DNA of 60,476 nt, counting the filler, from Sphacelaria rigidula (taxonomy: Eukaryota): the NCBI GenBank assembly GCA_964200075.2. It is 7 parts of 7 records of this genome, joined end to end, with 100 filler letters (N's around TTAATTAATTAA, not from the genome) between each part and the next. Parts side by side here need not be neighbours in the genome. Positions count along the whole stretch, not along the records: positions 8,655 to 17,208 come from CAXNAA020010799.1; positions 17,309 to 25,862 come from CAXNAA020010800.1; 5 more parts are not named here. The stretch is one strand, 5' to 3'. This document shows, in pieces, positions 12,801 through 24,319 of this stretch (positions are counted from its first letter, which is position 1; each line of letters starts with the position of its first letter). A program made the translations under genes and the position numbers. The notes below the pieces were generated by a model. The model worked only from the letters and a program-made list of their open reading frames with translations. It was not told the origin of the DNA and ran no database searches.

Positions 12801-13389
12801 GAGCGCCGCGCATGAAAGTAGGTATTAATCAGAAGGCAACTTACGCTCAGCCTTTCCGTCGTTCGATCGACACAGTGCGCAGCTACACGAAATGTGATCT
12901 AGCAAGATGCCCTGCGGTCTTGTTTGCATCAGACTGACTCTGAATGCCGTGTCCTTCCATCGTTTTTTCCGCCACGACATATTTTCCTCATTTGCCAACT
13001 ACACTCTGATGCTGCATGGGTTGCCGTTAAACAAAGATTGGAGTGTAATGATCAGCAAGGGCCATCATCAGAGTTGAGTGCTCTTGTGCTGTAGGTGTTG
13101 GTGCGTGTTCGTCAGGAGTTCTGTTGCCTTGATGTTGTTGTTGCGATTGTTGTTGTCAGAAAGATGAAGCGTTCTGATATTTGTGCAATATTTCTATTTC
13201 CGTACTCGGCATCTGATACAGCGTGGTTGCTTTTCGATGTTATGGGGGCGGCATTTTGCAAGGTTAGGCGTCGAGACAAGCGTACCTCTTGTGCCATGAG
13301 GTCGAAACTTGAACGGTATGCCGGCTGGTACCACAGCAGCGTGTCATAGCCATAGGTTCAGAATCGCGAGCAGCTGGGGCGCGACGTAC

Positions 13390-14215
13390 ATCAAAACGGT
13401 GGATACCACCGACACGCTCATGCATTTTGTTCAACACTGATACCGGCGCATTTCGTGGTCACAGGCCAACTACCCAAAAACAGTTATGAGGAAATCAAAT
13501 GAATATAAAATGAGGCCCGGAAAAATTACTAGACATGAAACAGACAAAAAGAGTTACCCACCCCATACGAACCGGTGTCGCAGGCGACCATTCGGACAAC
13601 TGGAGACAGAGCCCAACGTCTCCACTCGACATGCGAAGCCGAGGAGAAATACAAGGAGCTGAACTCAAGAACCAAAGATCACCGACCATAACAAAAAGAT
13701 TTTACGTTCCATCCTTGTACCTTCACCTCTACTAGAGTCGGGGCGCATTACCCGCACGTTGGTTTAATGGCGGGTCGTGTGGTTCCCGCCAAGGCCTCCA
13801 GGACCTGACATAAGAAACACCGTGTTGTTGCAACACTACTACAAAGCAGTTCCGATAAATCTGCGCAGTGCTTCTCACCTTCGTATTGGGCATCTGATGC
13901 GGACGCCTCCGCGATCACAGGCCAGTCACCAGATACGGTGTGAGGAAATCAAGTTAATATGAAATAGTGCCCAGAAAAATGAACGCAAACGAGATACAGA
14001 AGGAGAAAAATTACTTTAGTAACCCCATAAGATCTGGTGTCGCAGGCGACCATTCGGACTACTTGAGATATAGCCCAACGTTCCCACTCGACAGCCGAAG
14101 CCGAGCAGAAATACAGACAAACTAAAGAACCAACGATCACTCACCAAAGCAAAAATAAGCACACCGTTCTATCCTATATCTCCATCCAGGCCGGAGTACA
14201 TTACCCAGCCGGGGT
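13390..14215 (-). mobile_element. Two tandem SINE/retro-like modules with a shared core and different 3' parts
   Basis: The ~280-bp core at ~13480-13760 is repeated at ~13935-14210. The tail of the second copy matches 5595-5730 and 29400-29500 (gcctgtgaYcRcgga...gcgcagat...(ACA)n). Confidence 0.6.
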
Positions 14216-14980
14216 TCCAACCCATACCTACACAGGTCTGGGGTACGAGTAGGGAGTGTCAAAAATTAAAGTACACATTTTTTTTTCTTGTAGGAAACAA
14301 AGAGGAAACCTGACCCAACACTCACCCCGTAAGCGGATTCGTGTGCCGATTTTCGGGAGGCTCGGCTGGACTGCCTCGCGGCAGTCATGTGGGGCAGGCG
14401 CCTCGAGTGATCGCAAGCTTTGCTCAAGGCAGTGTGGGGGTCGGACCCACTAAAACTCCCTGTCAAATTGGCGCAGTGCGCGCGCCGCCATGCTCTTCGA
14501 GAGCTTCGCCCCAAGGTTCGCAACTCCCACTATAGGGAAACACAGAAATTTTTGACCGAAGACCCGCCTCTCACGTCAAACACCAGCGCGCGACCGTTCA
14601 AAACGTCCAAGCGCAGTTAGTTACTCATACCAGGTATACTGTATATGGCTCTAGCGATCGCTCATACCACTTCGAGTATGATTACCATAGCCTAATGCAT
14701 TGACCAAAAGTTTACGTGGTTGGACGTAATGGGTATACCCCGCTCCAACAGATCAATTCGAGGGGAACCCTTCCAGTCGCCGGACCACAGAAGAATGTTG
14801 TACACCCACTTGTTGTTGTGTTGTCGTCCCATCTATTCTGGACGACAGTCTACACCTTTCGGTACTCGTATGTGTGGGCGCATCAGCCGCGGTCACACAG
14901 GAGGAAGGTCAACACAGGAGTTTTTCCTTTTTTCATTTATTTTAGTTCTCTACCGTCTTTCTTCGGCGCTTGCCTTTTTT

Positions 14981-15024
<44 letters not shown>

Positions 15025-15180
15025 TCAGCACTCCCTTTCCCTCGTAGACCGTGAAGTCGAATTTTCTATTTTCACGATATAGTCGCTCTCCATTGTTGCC
15101 GGGCATTGTGTGAGAAAAGTCCCAAATCTTGTGATTGCACCGAGATTCAAACCCACCGCCAAAGCGTCAGAGGATTTGAC

Positions 15181-16930
15181 ACGTCGGAAAATTCAACTCA
15201 GGTTAACACGAGTTCACTCTTTTTCGCATGACCCACCAGTGAGTTATAGCAGCATCACTTAGCGGTGCCAATTCTGGCCGGGTGAGTTATAAACTGTTAC
15301 TTAGCGATGCCAAATCTGGCCAGGTGAGTTATAAACTGTTACTTAGCGATGCACATTCTGGCCGGGTGGGTAATAAACTTTAACTCACCGATACATAATC
15401 TGGTCAAGTGAGTTATACAGTATAACTCTGCGGTGCACATTCTGGCCAGGTGAGTTATAGAAGATGCATCAGTCGTGCACATCCTGGCCGGGTGAAATGT
15501 AGAGTAAAAATCAGAAAATAAAAAGAATGATCTGGAGCTCATTTTTTGTGTCATGAGTTTCGAAACAAGTAATCATTCTGTACACAGAGATGTACCTCTT
15601 ACTTTGAGGTCTGAGTTCTGAAAAAGAGCTTATCTTTACCTCCGAGCTCATGTAAGGTAGCCATGTCACTCAGTGTTGTGTTCTAAGGTTCTGAGATAAC
15701 TAATCTTTACCCCTCAACTCATAACACGGCGACATCACTCGCTTTCCTTCTCTGAGTTTTGAGTTTTTACCCTTCAGTTTGTGTGACAGCCCCCCCTTCC
15801 ACACACAAATACACACATACACACGCTTGGCGCGTGCACGGTGATCATAGAAAGTTACCCTACATGCGACACACGATATGATTGTCTACGATGTTATCCG
15901 CCACGGACTCCAGCGGTGCTACGGCACATGACCCCGCCCCCACCCCCCCTACCCCCATCCTAGAAAACAAACCGTAAGAACCGGTCTTATTTTGGTATTT
16001 CATACTCGTATAATGTACATGTTTTTATATTACACCTGCGGCAGTATTGATATACAGTGGGTGCCGGTCGCCCCGGTGGTTCAGTTGGTAACCTCGAAAC
16101 CTCCTGACGGTTGGGTTGTGGGTTCAAATCTCGGAGTGATCTGGGTTCTTTTCTCACACCATGCCCGACAGTGGAGAGCGACTACTGCATGTCGTGGGTA
16201 CACAAAATTCGACTCAACGGTCTACGAGGGAAAGGGGCTGCTAAACCCCTCTCGCGAAAAAAATAAAGGTAGGCACCGCAGAGGGAAGATGGGATACTAA
16301 GAACAAATAAAAAAGAAAAAGCTCCTGTGTTGACCCTCCTCCTGTGTGACCCCGGCTGGTGCGCCCACATCTACCGAAAGGTGTAGGCGGGCGTTCAGAA
16401 TAGAAGGGACGACAACACACAGTATGCGTATACACTCCGAGGCTTCTCACGCTACGTGTACCAGCAGACGTGTCACGTGATCACGCCTTTCCTCTTCCAT
16501 GAGTGACTACTGTCGATCTCTGTTTTCTGTGTGTTTTCGGTCGGGTGAGTTGTTCCTCGTAACTCATTTTCCAATGACTCACCAGGGGGTTATGGCAGGA
16601 TCACTCAGCGGTGCCCATTTTGGCCGGGTGAGTTGTAAACTATAACGCAGCCGATCAATCAATCAATCCATCAATCGACCAATCAAACTACAACTCAGCG
16701 GTGCACATTCCGGCCGGGCGAGTTATAGAAGATAACTCATCGGTGCATACCTTGGTCAAGTGGGCTGTACCGTATAACTCAGCGGTCCACATTCTGGTCA
16801 GGTAAGTTATGAGCATAACTCAGCGGGGCACATTCCGGCCAAGTCAGTTATAGAGAATAACTTAGAGATGCATATTTTGACCGGGTGAGTTGTACGGCAT
16901 AACTGAGTTAACTCATGGGTTGTCCGACGT
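15181..16930. mobile_element. Non-autonomous TIR element with subterminal 42-bp arrays
   Basis: The ends acgtcggaaaa... and ...ttgtccgacgt are inverted. Arrays of one 42-bp unit lie near both ends (15235-15495 and 16585-16910). The element contains a SINE insertion. Confidence 0.6.
16064..16419 (+). mobile_element. tRNA-headed SINE-like element, apparently full length
   Basis: The 5' head has A-box-like GTGGTTCAGTTGG and B-box-like GGTTCAAATCT motifs. The body is shared with copies at 1148-1376, 14805-15177, 17415-17640, 43830-44040 and 45285-45360, and there is an ACAACACAC tail. Degenerate flanking duplication: cagtatnnntataca. Confidence 0.8.
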
Positions 16931-17414
16931 TCGGAAGATTTCGAGGTTACCAACTGAGCCACAGGGGCGACCGGTCCAATTCCAAGACAAAAAAAGCACG
17001 GTGCAGTGAGGCTTTCGTTTCTATGCGCTCAAATAATTCCCATCAAACGGGCTTTTTTCTACGTTTTTCGAGATATTTGCATAACAAAGGCATGAAAACC
17101 AAGTTTTACCCATAACTTGGCGCATACCGTACTCCAACGGGATTACGCACCCCTCCCCAGTACGAGCTGGGCCAGCCTAGAGGCTGCATGAACGTTTGCA
17201 GGCGGATGNNNNNNNNNNNNNNNNNNNNNNNNNNNNNNNNNNNNNNNNNNNNTTAATTAATTAANNNNNNNNNNNNNNNNNNNNNNNNNNNNNNNNNNNN
17301 NNNNNNNNGACAACACACACAACACACTACTACAAGCCGAATGTAAGCCGAGTGTTCGGTGGCTTCTATTGACTGATTGATTAATTGTCACAGTTTAAAG
17401 CTTGAAAAAACAAA

Positions 17415-17640
17415 TCGACTGAACGGTCGACGAGGGAAACGGATTATTATTATAAACCCCTCTCGCGATGAAAACAAAAGGCAAGCACCGCAGAAGGAAA
17501 ATGGGGTACTAAGAACAAATAAAAAAGAAAAAGCCCCTGTGTTGACCTTCCTCTTGTGTGACCCTGGCTGGTGCGCCCACATACACCGAGAGGTATAGAC
17601 AGGCGCCCAGAATGGATGGGATGACCACACACACGCACAC
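17415..17640 (+). mobile_element. SINE family copy (5'-truncated)
   Basis: Matches the body of 16200-16419 (acggtcgacgagggaaa...ctgtgttgacc...gctggtgcgcccacat...gatgggatgac). Confidence 0.8.
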
Positions 17641-18378
17641 AGAGCGAGAGTACGTCATTTGTTGTATCGGCATCTGTCTTACCTGAAAAAGGTATTCATG
17701 ATCCAGATGAACTACCCTCGTGGTCTAGGGGTTGACTGACACCCCACGGATCCAGCCGTGGTCACATGATAGGCGTAGCCAAGATGAAAACAGAATAGAA
17801 ACACTCGCTTAAGAAAAATGAAGAGGACAGAATGATACAACAGAGTAGGCTGAGAAAAGGCAACAAAAGACAAAAACTGCTGTGATCCGAGAATGTATCG
17901 TCTGGAAAGGTTCGGATGTTCTTCTCGCATAGTTTTGTTGTTCAATTTCTAGACAGCGAGGGTAGTCCACCTGGATTACTTATACTGTTTTCAAGTGAAG
18001 TTGACGCTGATTCAACACATGACATACTCTCGCCGCCGAATAACCATGTTCTTGCAAGCCCTTTTCTGGGCGAAAGGGTCCTTGAGGTACAGCCAGTAAG
18101 CACGAAACCTTTTTCTGCTTCTTTTTTCATCCCCCCCCCCTCCCAGAGAGATTCTTGCTGTCCGCGTATCTCATGGACAAGAGCAGACTGCTTCCAAGAT
18201 GATGAAATTTCGCCAGGAACGGGTCTCGTTGAAAATACCTCCCACTTCACTACGACAGTCACAGATCACTCGAATTCCGTCCCGTCGACCACGCGTAAGC
18301 GGATCAGGAAAACAGAAATATCGCACGGAGCAACTCGACTTCCTCGTCGCAAATAAAATGACCCGCGGGTATCCTTAA

Positions 18379-18477
18379 CCCTTAGACCGCGAGGTTGGTC
18401 TTGTGTTGAATCGGCATCAGTTTCAAGTGCAAAAAAAGTTTGCATGATCCAGAAAGACTAATCTCGCGGTCTAAGGG
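18379..18477. mobile_element. piggyBac-type mini-MITE, 99 bp
   Basis: Perfect 15-bp TIR cccttagaccgcgag, flanked by TTAA on both sides. Related ends occur at ~17700-17735 and at 46854 (ttaacccttagacagcgag). Confidence 0.88.
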
Positions 18478-20115
18478 TTAATCCTTACGGATTATAGCTT
18501 CGCTTCGGAACGTTCCGGACGAATAGTGTCAAGGATAAAATCCTTATCTTTTACCCGTGTGACCGCGAAGATGGGGAGCCATATTGTTCTTGGATACGTT
18601 TTTCAAGTGGAATTGGTGCCGATCCAGCGTATCTCCCACCCTAGCACTCAAAACGGTAAAACGGATTTGAGGGCGAATTCCTGATTTTTCCGTTTTCTTC
18701 CCGTGAGCCACCGTGGTTTCACGTGATATCGGTAGATCTTTCTACCTTCACCCGAATCCCCTGCAGAAGTTTAGTCCAGCTTATTCGCCACACACAGATT
18801 GTCTACAGGATACGTTTTCGGCAAAAATACCTCGGGAGAAGTCGCGCCGCGCGAACTTCTTTCTAACTGAGTGACTTATCGGATTGTAAAAGATGACCTG
18901 AATATTTATAGCGGTATCTCCAACTCGAGATTCCCGGCATACTTTACAATAATTTACTCTCAGATATAACGAGAATTCAAGCTTGAGATATCTTCAATCA
19001 TCTCCGGGATTTCTTGATTTCCAACGGTGCTAGGGATGAGAACAAAAGTGCCGATGGTGATGACCCGAGCGCAACTTGGTCGAGAACTGCCATAATCTGT
19101 GTCGGTGTGAGCCGAGTCTCTGGTCTGGCCAGGAACACACGGTCTGGTCGGGTAATTACCGCTTTGTACGTTGCGGCGCCGTAGTGTCCGGTTTGGAACG
19201 TGGCAAGGCAAGGATGATGTTGATATTCGGCTTTCGTGTCGCCTTTCTGAAAACTCGGCCAGGGCTGGTTGAGCCGACGGTATCGATCAGCCTCATTATT
19301 GGGATACGGCCGACGTGAGACTACGGTCGACAACGTTTGCGTGCATATCCTCCCTTTTTTGCGTGTTTTATCCGCCTTGTTGTACACGCCCATAGTATCA
19401 TGAACAGGGAAGGTGGGTCTACAGCAGTGCCCCTCTTTCAGGTTACCCTCTCGAGCCGTGTTTTTTTTTAATCTCGAACGAGCTGGCAATCAATATCAAA
19501 CTCTTCCGATAGCGAGGCGTGTCGGGTATTCTTACCTACGGGGCATTGGTCGGTATAAGGTACAATTCCATCGACACCCCGGAGAGTCACAATAGTATCC
19601 GCAACGGAAATACAATAGACAGAGGGTGTACACCGTCGCCCTGCCTTCGGATTTCAGTTGGAGGGCTTATGAACGTGCAATCCATGGTAAAACCCGTCCA
19701 ATGCTAGCGAGCATCATGGGATCATCACCAGCAAGCTAACGGCAGCACACTCGGCTTTTGCGGAGGAATTGTGTCGCCAAATGGTCCGCGGGTTGTTGTG
19801 CCGGTTTCGCCGCTCTTTTCCAGCAACGGAAAGCCATCGACGGGGGTGCTCTACTATACTGTGCTGTATCGTACCGAGCACCAAACGCGAGGTGCTGTGC
19901 GTGAGACACGAGCGGCGGGAGGACCGTGCTATCGTCAGCTCAGATTGGAGCACGCACAGCAAATTCTCTCCACCGTAAACCTCTCTGACAACAGCAGAAT
20001 TCACTCAGCTGTTTTGAACAGGCGACACTCGTACGACAATTCCTCTTCCACGTACACCGCAAGAAACATTTACTTCACGTAACAAGGGTCTGCCCGTCTC
20101 CCTATCTTTGCCCAC

Positions 20116-21606
20116 CTGGTCATGGTGAACACGTAAATGATCGCGAACATCATGAACGACATAGTGAAGAACTTGGCCATCTCATGCCTCTGGATATGAA
20201 AGATCTTGTTCATCAAGCTAGAAATCACACCACCCCTCATTCTCGTCGCGCGCCCCACCGCCCCCTGGCCCTCCCCGACCGCGGCGACCGAGAGCGTTCG
20301 CTCGTGTCCTGCAGCTTCTGCGACCGTGATGGGAGCTGATTTGAAAGGCGAATTCGCATCGTCACCATCCTCAAGCAAGCACGTCGCGGCGCATAGCTCG
20401 CTGGGGGTGGAATGTTCGTCCGTTGAAGCTTCCAGTGCTCCTGCTGTAGGTGGTGTTTGCGGTTGCTTCGCACCTAAAAGCCGTTCCCTTGGCACGCTGG
20501 TGGTAGCTGTTGATGGTGCTGTCGACGAAGGTTCAGCAGCCGCTCCTCCTCGCAGTGAGAGCAGGAGTGTGCGGCGGTGCCTGCCCGGGTGACACCATCG
20601 AGGAGCGAGTCGCGCTCTTGCTACCGCCGCTGTTCCCCCTGTGTTCGCGATTGTTGGACCATAGCACAAGCATATTGAAAGCAGCGAAAACAGAGCGTGA
20701 TAAGCAAGCAGCTGGTGGATTGCAAATGTACTATATTCTTCGGTCAGCCCCCCCTTGATGGTTCCATCCGGACGAAATGCTGCGAGCAGCGCTACTCACC
20801 ACCATCGTGCAGTCAAACAGATGTACAAGGACAACAATGGGGAGGGCTGCGGTAGTGTATCTTGCATGCGCTGCAATAGCATCAGTGCTGCCTGCGCTGA
20901 AGAGGCCGTCGACCCTATCGAGACGTTACAGCCGAGCGAGCGAGTGATCATGGCAAAATACAGTGAAATGCTTCTCGGCAGCTCAAAACGAGGATGGGCG
21001 CGAGGGACTCCAGCATCGCTTCCGGCTGCTCCCGTGCCGACTACAGTACCGACAACACTCAGTTACATGCTAGAGAATGTGTTGGGCAGCCGTTGGATTT
21101 GCACGGATTTCCACGTGTTGCCAGTATATACCAGTACAGTATATACTATTCATACTTGTCTGTGTGACTGAGTCGTTGCCCTTCCTACAACATGGGTCCC
21201 TCTCAGTCGAAGCCGCGTAAGCCATTTGCTCTTTACGCACCTTGGCTCACGCTCACGTTGGCAGAAACCAAACCACAGAGAATCACGCATGCCTCGGGCA
21301 CGCCTCATCAATTTTTGCGTTTTGATCAGCGACAATAGCCGACGTGCACAGCCCTACCGTATTACCATACAGGACAACAGCACAGTACGTTGCATACTTG
21401 CACTTGGTCGAGAGTTGGGACACAACAAGCTGCCACCCACCAACTTGCGGTTTTGCCGCACCCTTGTTGTTGGAGGCGGTCGATCCCCACCCCAGTGCCC
21501 CTGAACGGTTAGCTTCCACGCCAACAGACAAGAGCGAGGTTGAAAGCAACGCGATACACGCAGTGCTTCGCAGCATCCCGGCGCTCCCGGTGCGCATCTC
21601 TCCCAT
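20116..21606 (-). CDS. NTT: Plastid-type ATP/ADP (nucleotide) transporter, NTT/TLC family, 5' part (2 exons)
   Basis: Exon 1 is 21606-21441 (alternative ATGs at 21597 and 21576; hydrophobic signal ACIALLSTSLLSVGVEA). A phase-1 GT-AG intron leads to exon 2, 20638-20116, ending ...IQRHEMAKFFTMSFMMFAIIYVFTMT(R)|GT. This matches the first TM helix of NTT/TLC proteins, which precedes the RDxKD motif. The next exon was not found. Confidence 0.8.
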
Positions 21607-21870
21607 ACACTGCTCACTGGATTTGCCCAGAAAGCAAAGGATCTGGACGGATGTGTTCGTGAGGTCCAAACTATTTCCGTAAATTTTCATGTGCGCAGGG
21701 TAGTACCATTGTTTTTGAAAAGGGGAGGGGGGGGGGGGTGTAACGGAGCGGCGGAACTGACGTCCCGGAACTGCACATCACTACATTGAGATCACATCAC
21801 ACCCTTCGTCCTTGGCACGCTGTTAGCTTCGTGAGTGTAGCATTTAGAATACAGTATACAGCTGAAGACT
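21607..21870. promoter_or_regulatory. Putative bidirectional promoter between the NTT and citrate synthase start codons
   Basis: Only 264 bp separate the divergent ATGs. The region contains a G-rich tract and a TGACGTC element. Function is inferred from geometry only. Confidence 0.5.
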
Positions 21871-24319
21871 ATGAACGGAATTCGCGTTGCTTCGCAGAGG
21901 GTACCTAAGGTATGTAGTTGGGATGCGCAGCAGTCGAAATGTTGCGTGGCCGGCCTTGTGTATCTTCAGTTCTTTTTTGCACGAGCACGATGTGTGTTTG
22001 CTTCGTCTGTCGGTAAGCGTGCAGTGCGGCCCCAATTCGATGCAAGTTCTTGCCCCTGTTGTGCCGACGACTACTGGCCGAATACTGCTCATCCATATAC
22101 CGTAGTTATTGCGCTTGGACTGTATTGCACAACCTTGTCACGTTTCATAGAATCCCCATCTATGGAGCGAAACTGGCTGCATGTCGCCGCGAGACCACAC
22201 ATGCAAGGCTGTGTTTTCGGACTGCCCAAAAACTACTGTACTGTGTGGTTCAGCTGCCCAAAAACGGCGGTTCAGCCCCGTCGCATAAACGCGGTGCACG
22301 CCACATACATGTCCGAGCCAGATGCGACGTCCTCTCATAAGTGGGCGCACAAAGCTGAGCACCGCTTGCTCCATAAGTCGATGACAAGCTTGGGCACATG
22401 CTGCTATTCGTGGCTTCAGTCATGGTATCGGCCGTAGCCGGTCAAGATATCGACAGTCTGGTCGGGATACTGTACTTTTGGGATACTGTTGTTTTGTTAC
22501 CTTCTTGGCATAATCCGCCGCATTTTTTTTCACACAACATGGTAGTCTTCTGTTTGCTTCGCAGTGAATTGGTGACATGCGGGACCTGCCTTTCCCCTTT
22601 GCTGCTCTCTCCCTTCTACAAAACTGACAGCGCATACTGAAGAATGGACTGGGCGCAGAGCGGTCGTTGTCTTCTCTGAAAGATACTTTGGCAGAGAAAA
22701 TCCCCGCCAAGCAGGCTTCCTTGGCAGAACTCAAGAAGAACCATGGCAGCAAGTCCGTCGGGGAGGTATGAGCGTGGGCATTTCCAAGCGCGCATATTTT
22801 GCGTGCAGCCCAGTCAATGTTCGACAAGGTCGCAAGTTTGGTCTCTTTGGATATGGAAGTCGAGGGGAGGTGTCGTGACTACTGTACGGTACCTTATTGT
22901 GTTGTGACTTCTCCTTTTGCTTCGCATTTTTGCACCTCAATATTTCGTTGCTCCCTCCCCCCCTCCTCTCAACTCATGCTTGCTTGCTGTCCGAGTGAGT
23001 CCCTACAGCGTTCGGTGAGGGTTGTCCTCGGTCCAACGTCTAGCATTTGCTTGACCGATTCATGGTTGACGGCAACCCTCTTCACACATAATAGGAGATA
23101 CATTTGAACCACGGATTTGGTATCGTTATCGTTCATACCGCATCCGATTGACATGTACTGTTATACTACTGATACTACAGCAGGTCATCCTCGGTTATGA
23201 TGGAGGTGGATGTCTAGAGACATGAGCAAAATACATGTCCTGGAAATTGCCGATCTCCAACCCACGTGTTTCAAAATCATACCGCCTTTCTTCCTCCGTA
23301 CTGCTGCCTCTCGCTTGTCAGGTGACCATCGACCAGGTCATCGGCGGGGCTCGGGGGATCAAGAGCATGATCTGGGAAACCTCAAACCTCGACGCGGATG
23401 AGGTGCGTGCTTGCACCGAGTGCTGGACAATACCGTGCTAGACTGTCTGAAATTGCCTCTGAAGCCCAAGGCTGTCACGCTAAACAAGTGAACGGCAGCG
23501 AAAGCATCTACCTTGTATCTCGAGAATCCGCGCTGTCTTTCGGAGAAATGTACACATAATTTACCCGCGCTTATCGGACTATCCTAACCCCGATCTGTAT
23601 CGGAGAAATGGATGCTTGCCGTGCGCTGTGTAGTCCGCACGGGGGCAAAAGCGAAGCACTGTATTGGAAGTTTTGACACCAAGCTGTCTGCTATTTGCCT
23701 TCCTAAAACCTCAGAAGTCTCCAGCGATGCCTTACACAGCATATATACTGCACAGCTGTGAGAGCGTTGAACCGCGTTTGTCTCCGCCGCCCCCCGAGAA
23801 ATCGATCGAAGCCGTGTGACCAGCCGCTGCTCTTCACGTGGGCTTCGACCATACCCACCAGCAATCCAGTGTCAGATGCAGTACGTGTAGATTCAGCGTG
23901 TTGTGGTTTATACATTCACCCCTGTATTTCCACATTTGAGGTACGCTTCCAAACGATGCGGTCAGTGTCAACCCTTGTACCGCGAGAGCAGTCCACCTGG
24001 ATCATGCGTATTTTTTTCGAGTGAAATTGATGCCGATTCAACAGATGATCTACTCTCGCAGCCCAAGGGTTCATGAAGTTTTTTTCCTGTACCAAGGTGT
24101 GTTGTCTTGACGTTTAAATCTATTCCACCGGCTTACTTACAACATGGCGTTCTTTCCTCGCGCGCAACAACAAAAATGTTTCTGCAGGGCATTCGCTTCC
24201 GCGGGTTGACGATCCCCGACTGCCAGGCGAAGCTCCCCTCCTACGTGAAAGGCGGCGAGCCCATGCCGGAGGCCCTCATGTGGCTGCTGCTCACCGGAGA
24301 TGTTCCCACCAAGAAGCAG
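21871..24319 (+). CDS. CS: Mitochondrial citrate synthase, 5' part (4 exons; remainder not found on this contig)
   Basis: Exons 21871-21909, 22631-22765, 23322-23402 and 24188-24319, all GT-AG and phase 0. They splice to MNGIRVASQRVPK-RILKNGLGAERSLSSLKDTLAEKIPAKQASLAELKKNHGSKSVGE-VTIDQVIGGARGIKSMIWETSNLDADE-GIRFRGLTIPDCQAKLPSYVKGGEPMPEALMWLLLTGDVPTKKQ. This matches the eukaryotic citrate synthase N-terminus (GGxRG...ETSxLD..EGIRFRG...PE.L.WLLLTG), preceded by an Arg-rich presequence. Confidence 0.95.

Larger units (their letters stand above)
14805..16974 (-). mobile_element. SINE copy (minus strand) split by a 1.75-kb insertion
   Basis: The body and the 3' part of the head lie at 14805-15177, with an internal (GA)n expansion. 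The remaining 5' head (rc of ccggtcgcccc...aacctcgaaa) lies at 16931-16974. Confidence 0.65.

Noticed and set aside
16064..16140. tRNA gene (also 10360-10390 and 35365-35425)
   Set aside because: Only A/B-box-like remnants are present, with no complete cloverleaf. The 16064 copy is attached to a SINE body.
15235..16910. CRISPR-like array of palindromic repeats (also 51503-51810)
   Set aside because: The units are contiguous, degenerate tandem copies without unique spacers. There are no cas genes and the context is eukaryotic.
18998..19489. 163-aa minus-strand ORF downstream of NTT exon 2
   Set aside because: It lacks the expected DxKD continuation and TM helices, so it is probably intronic or relic sequence.
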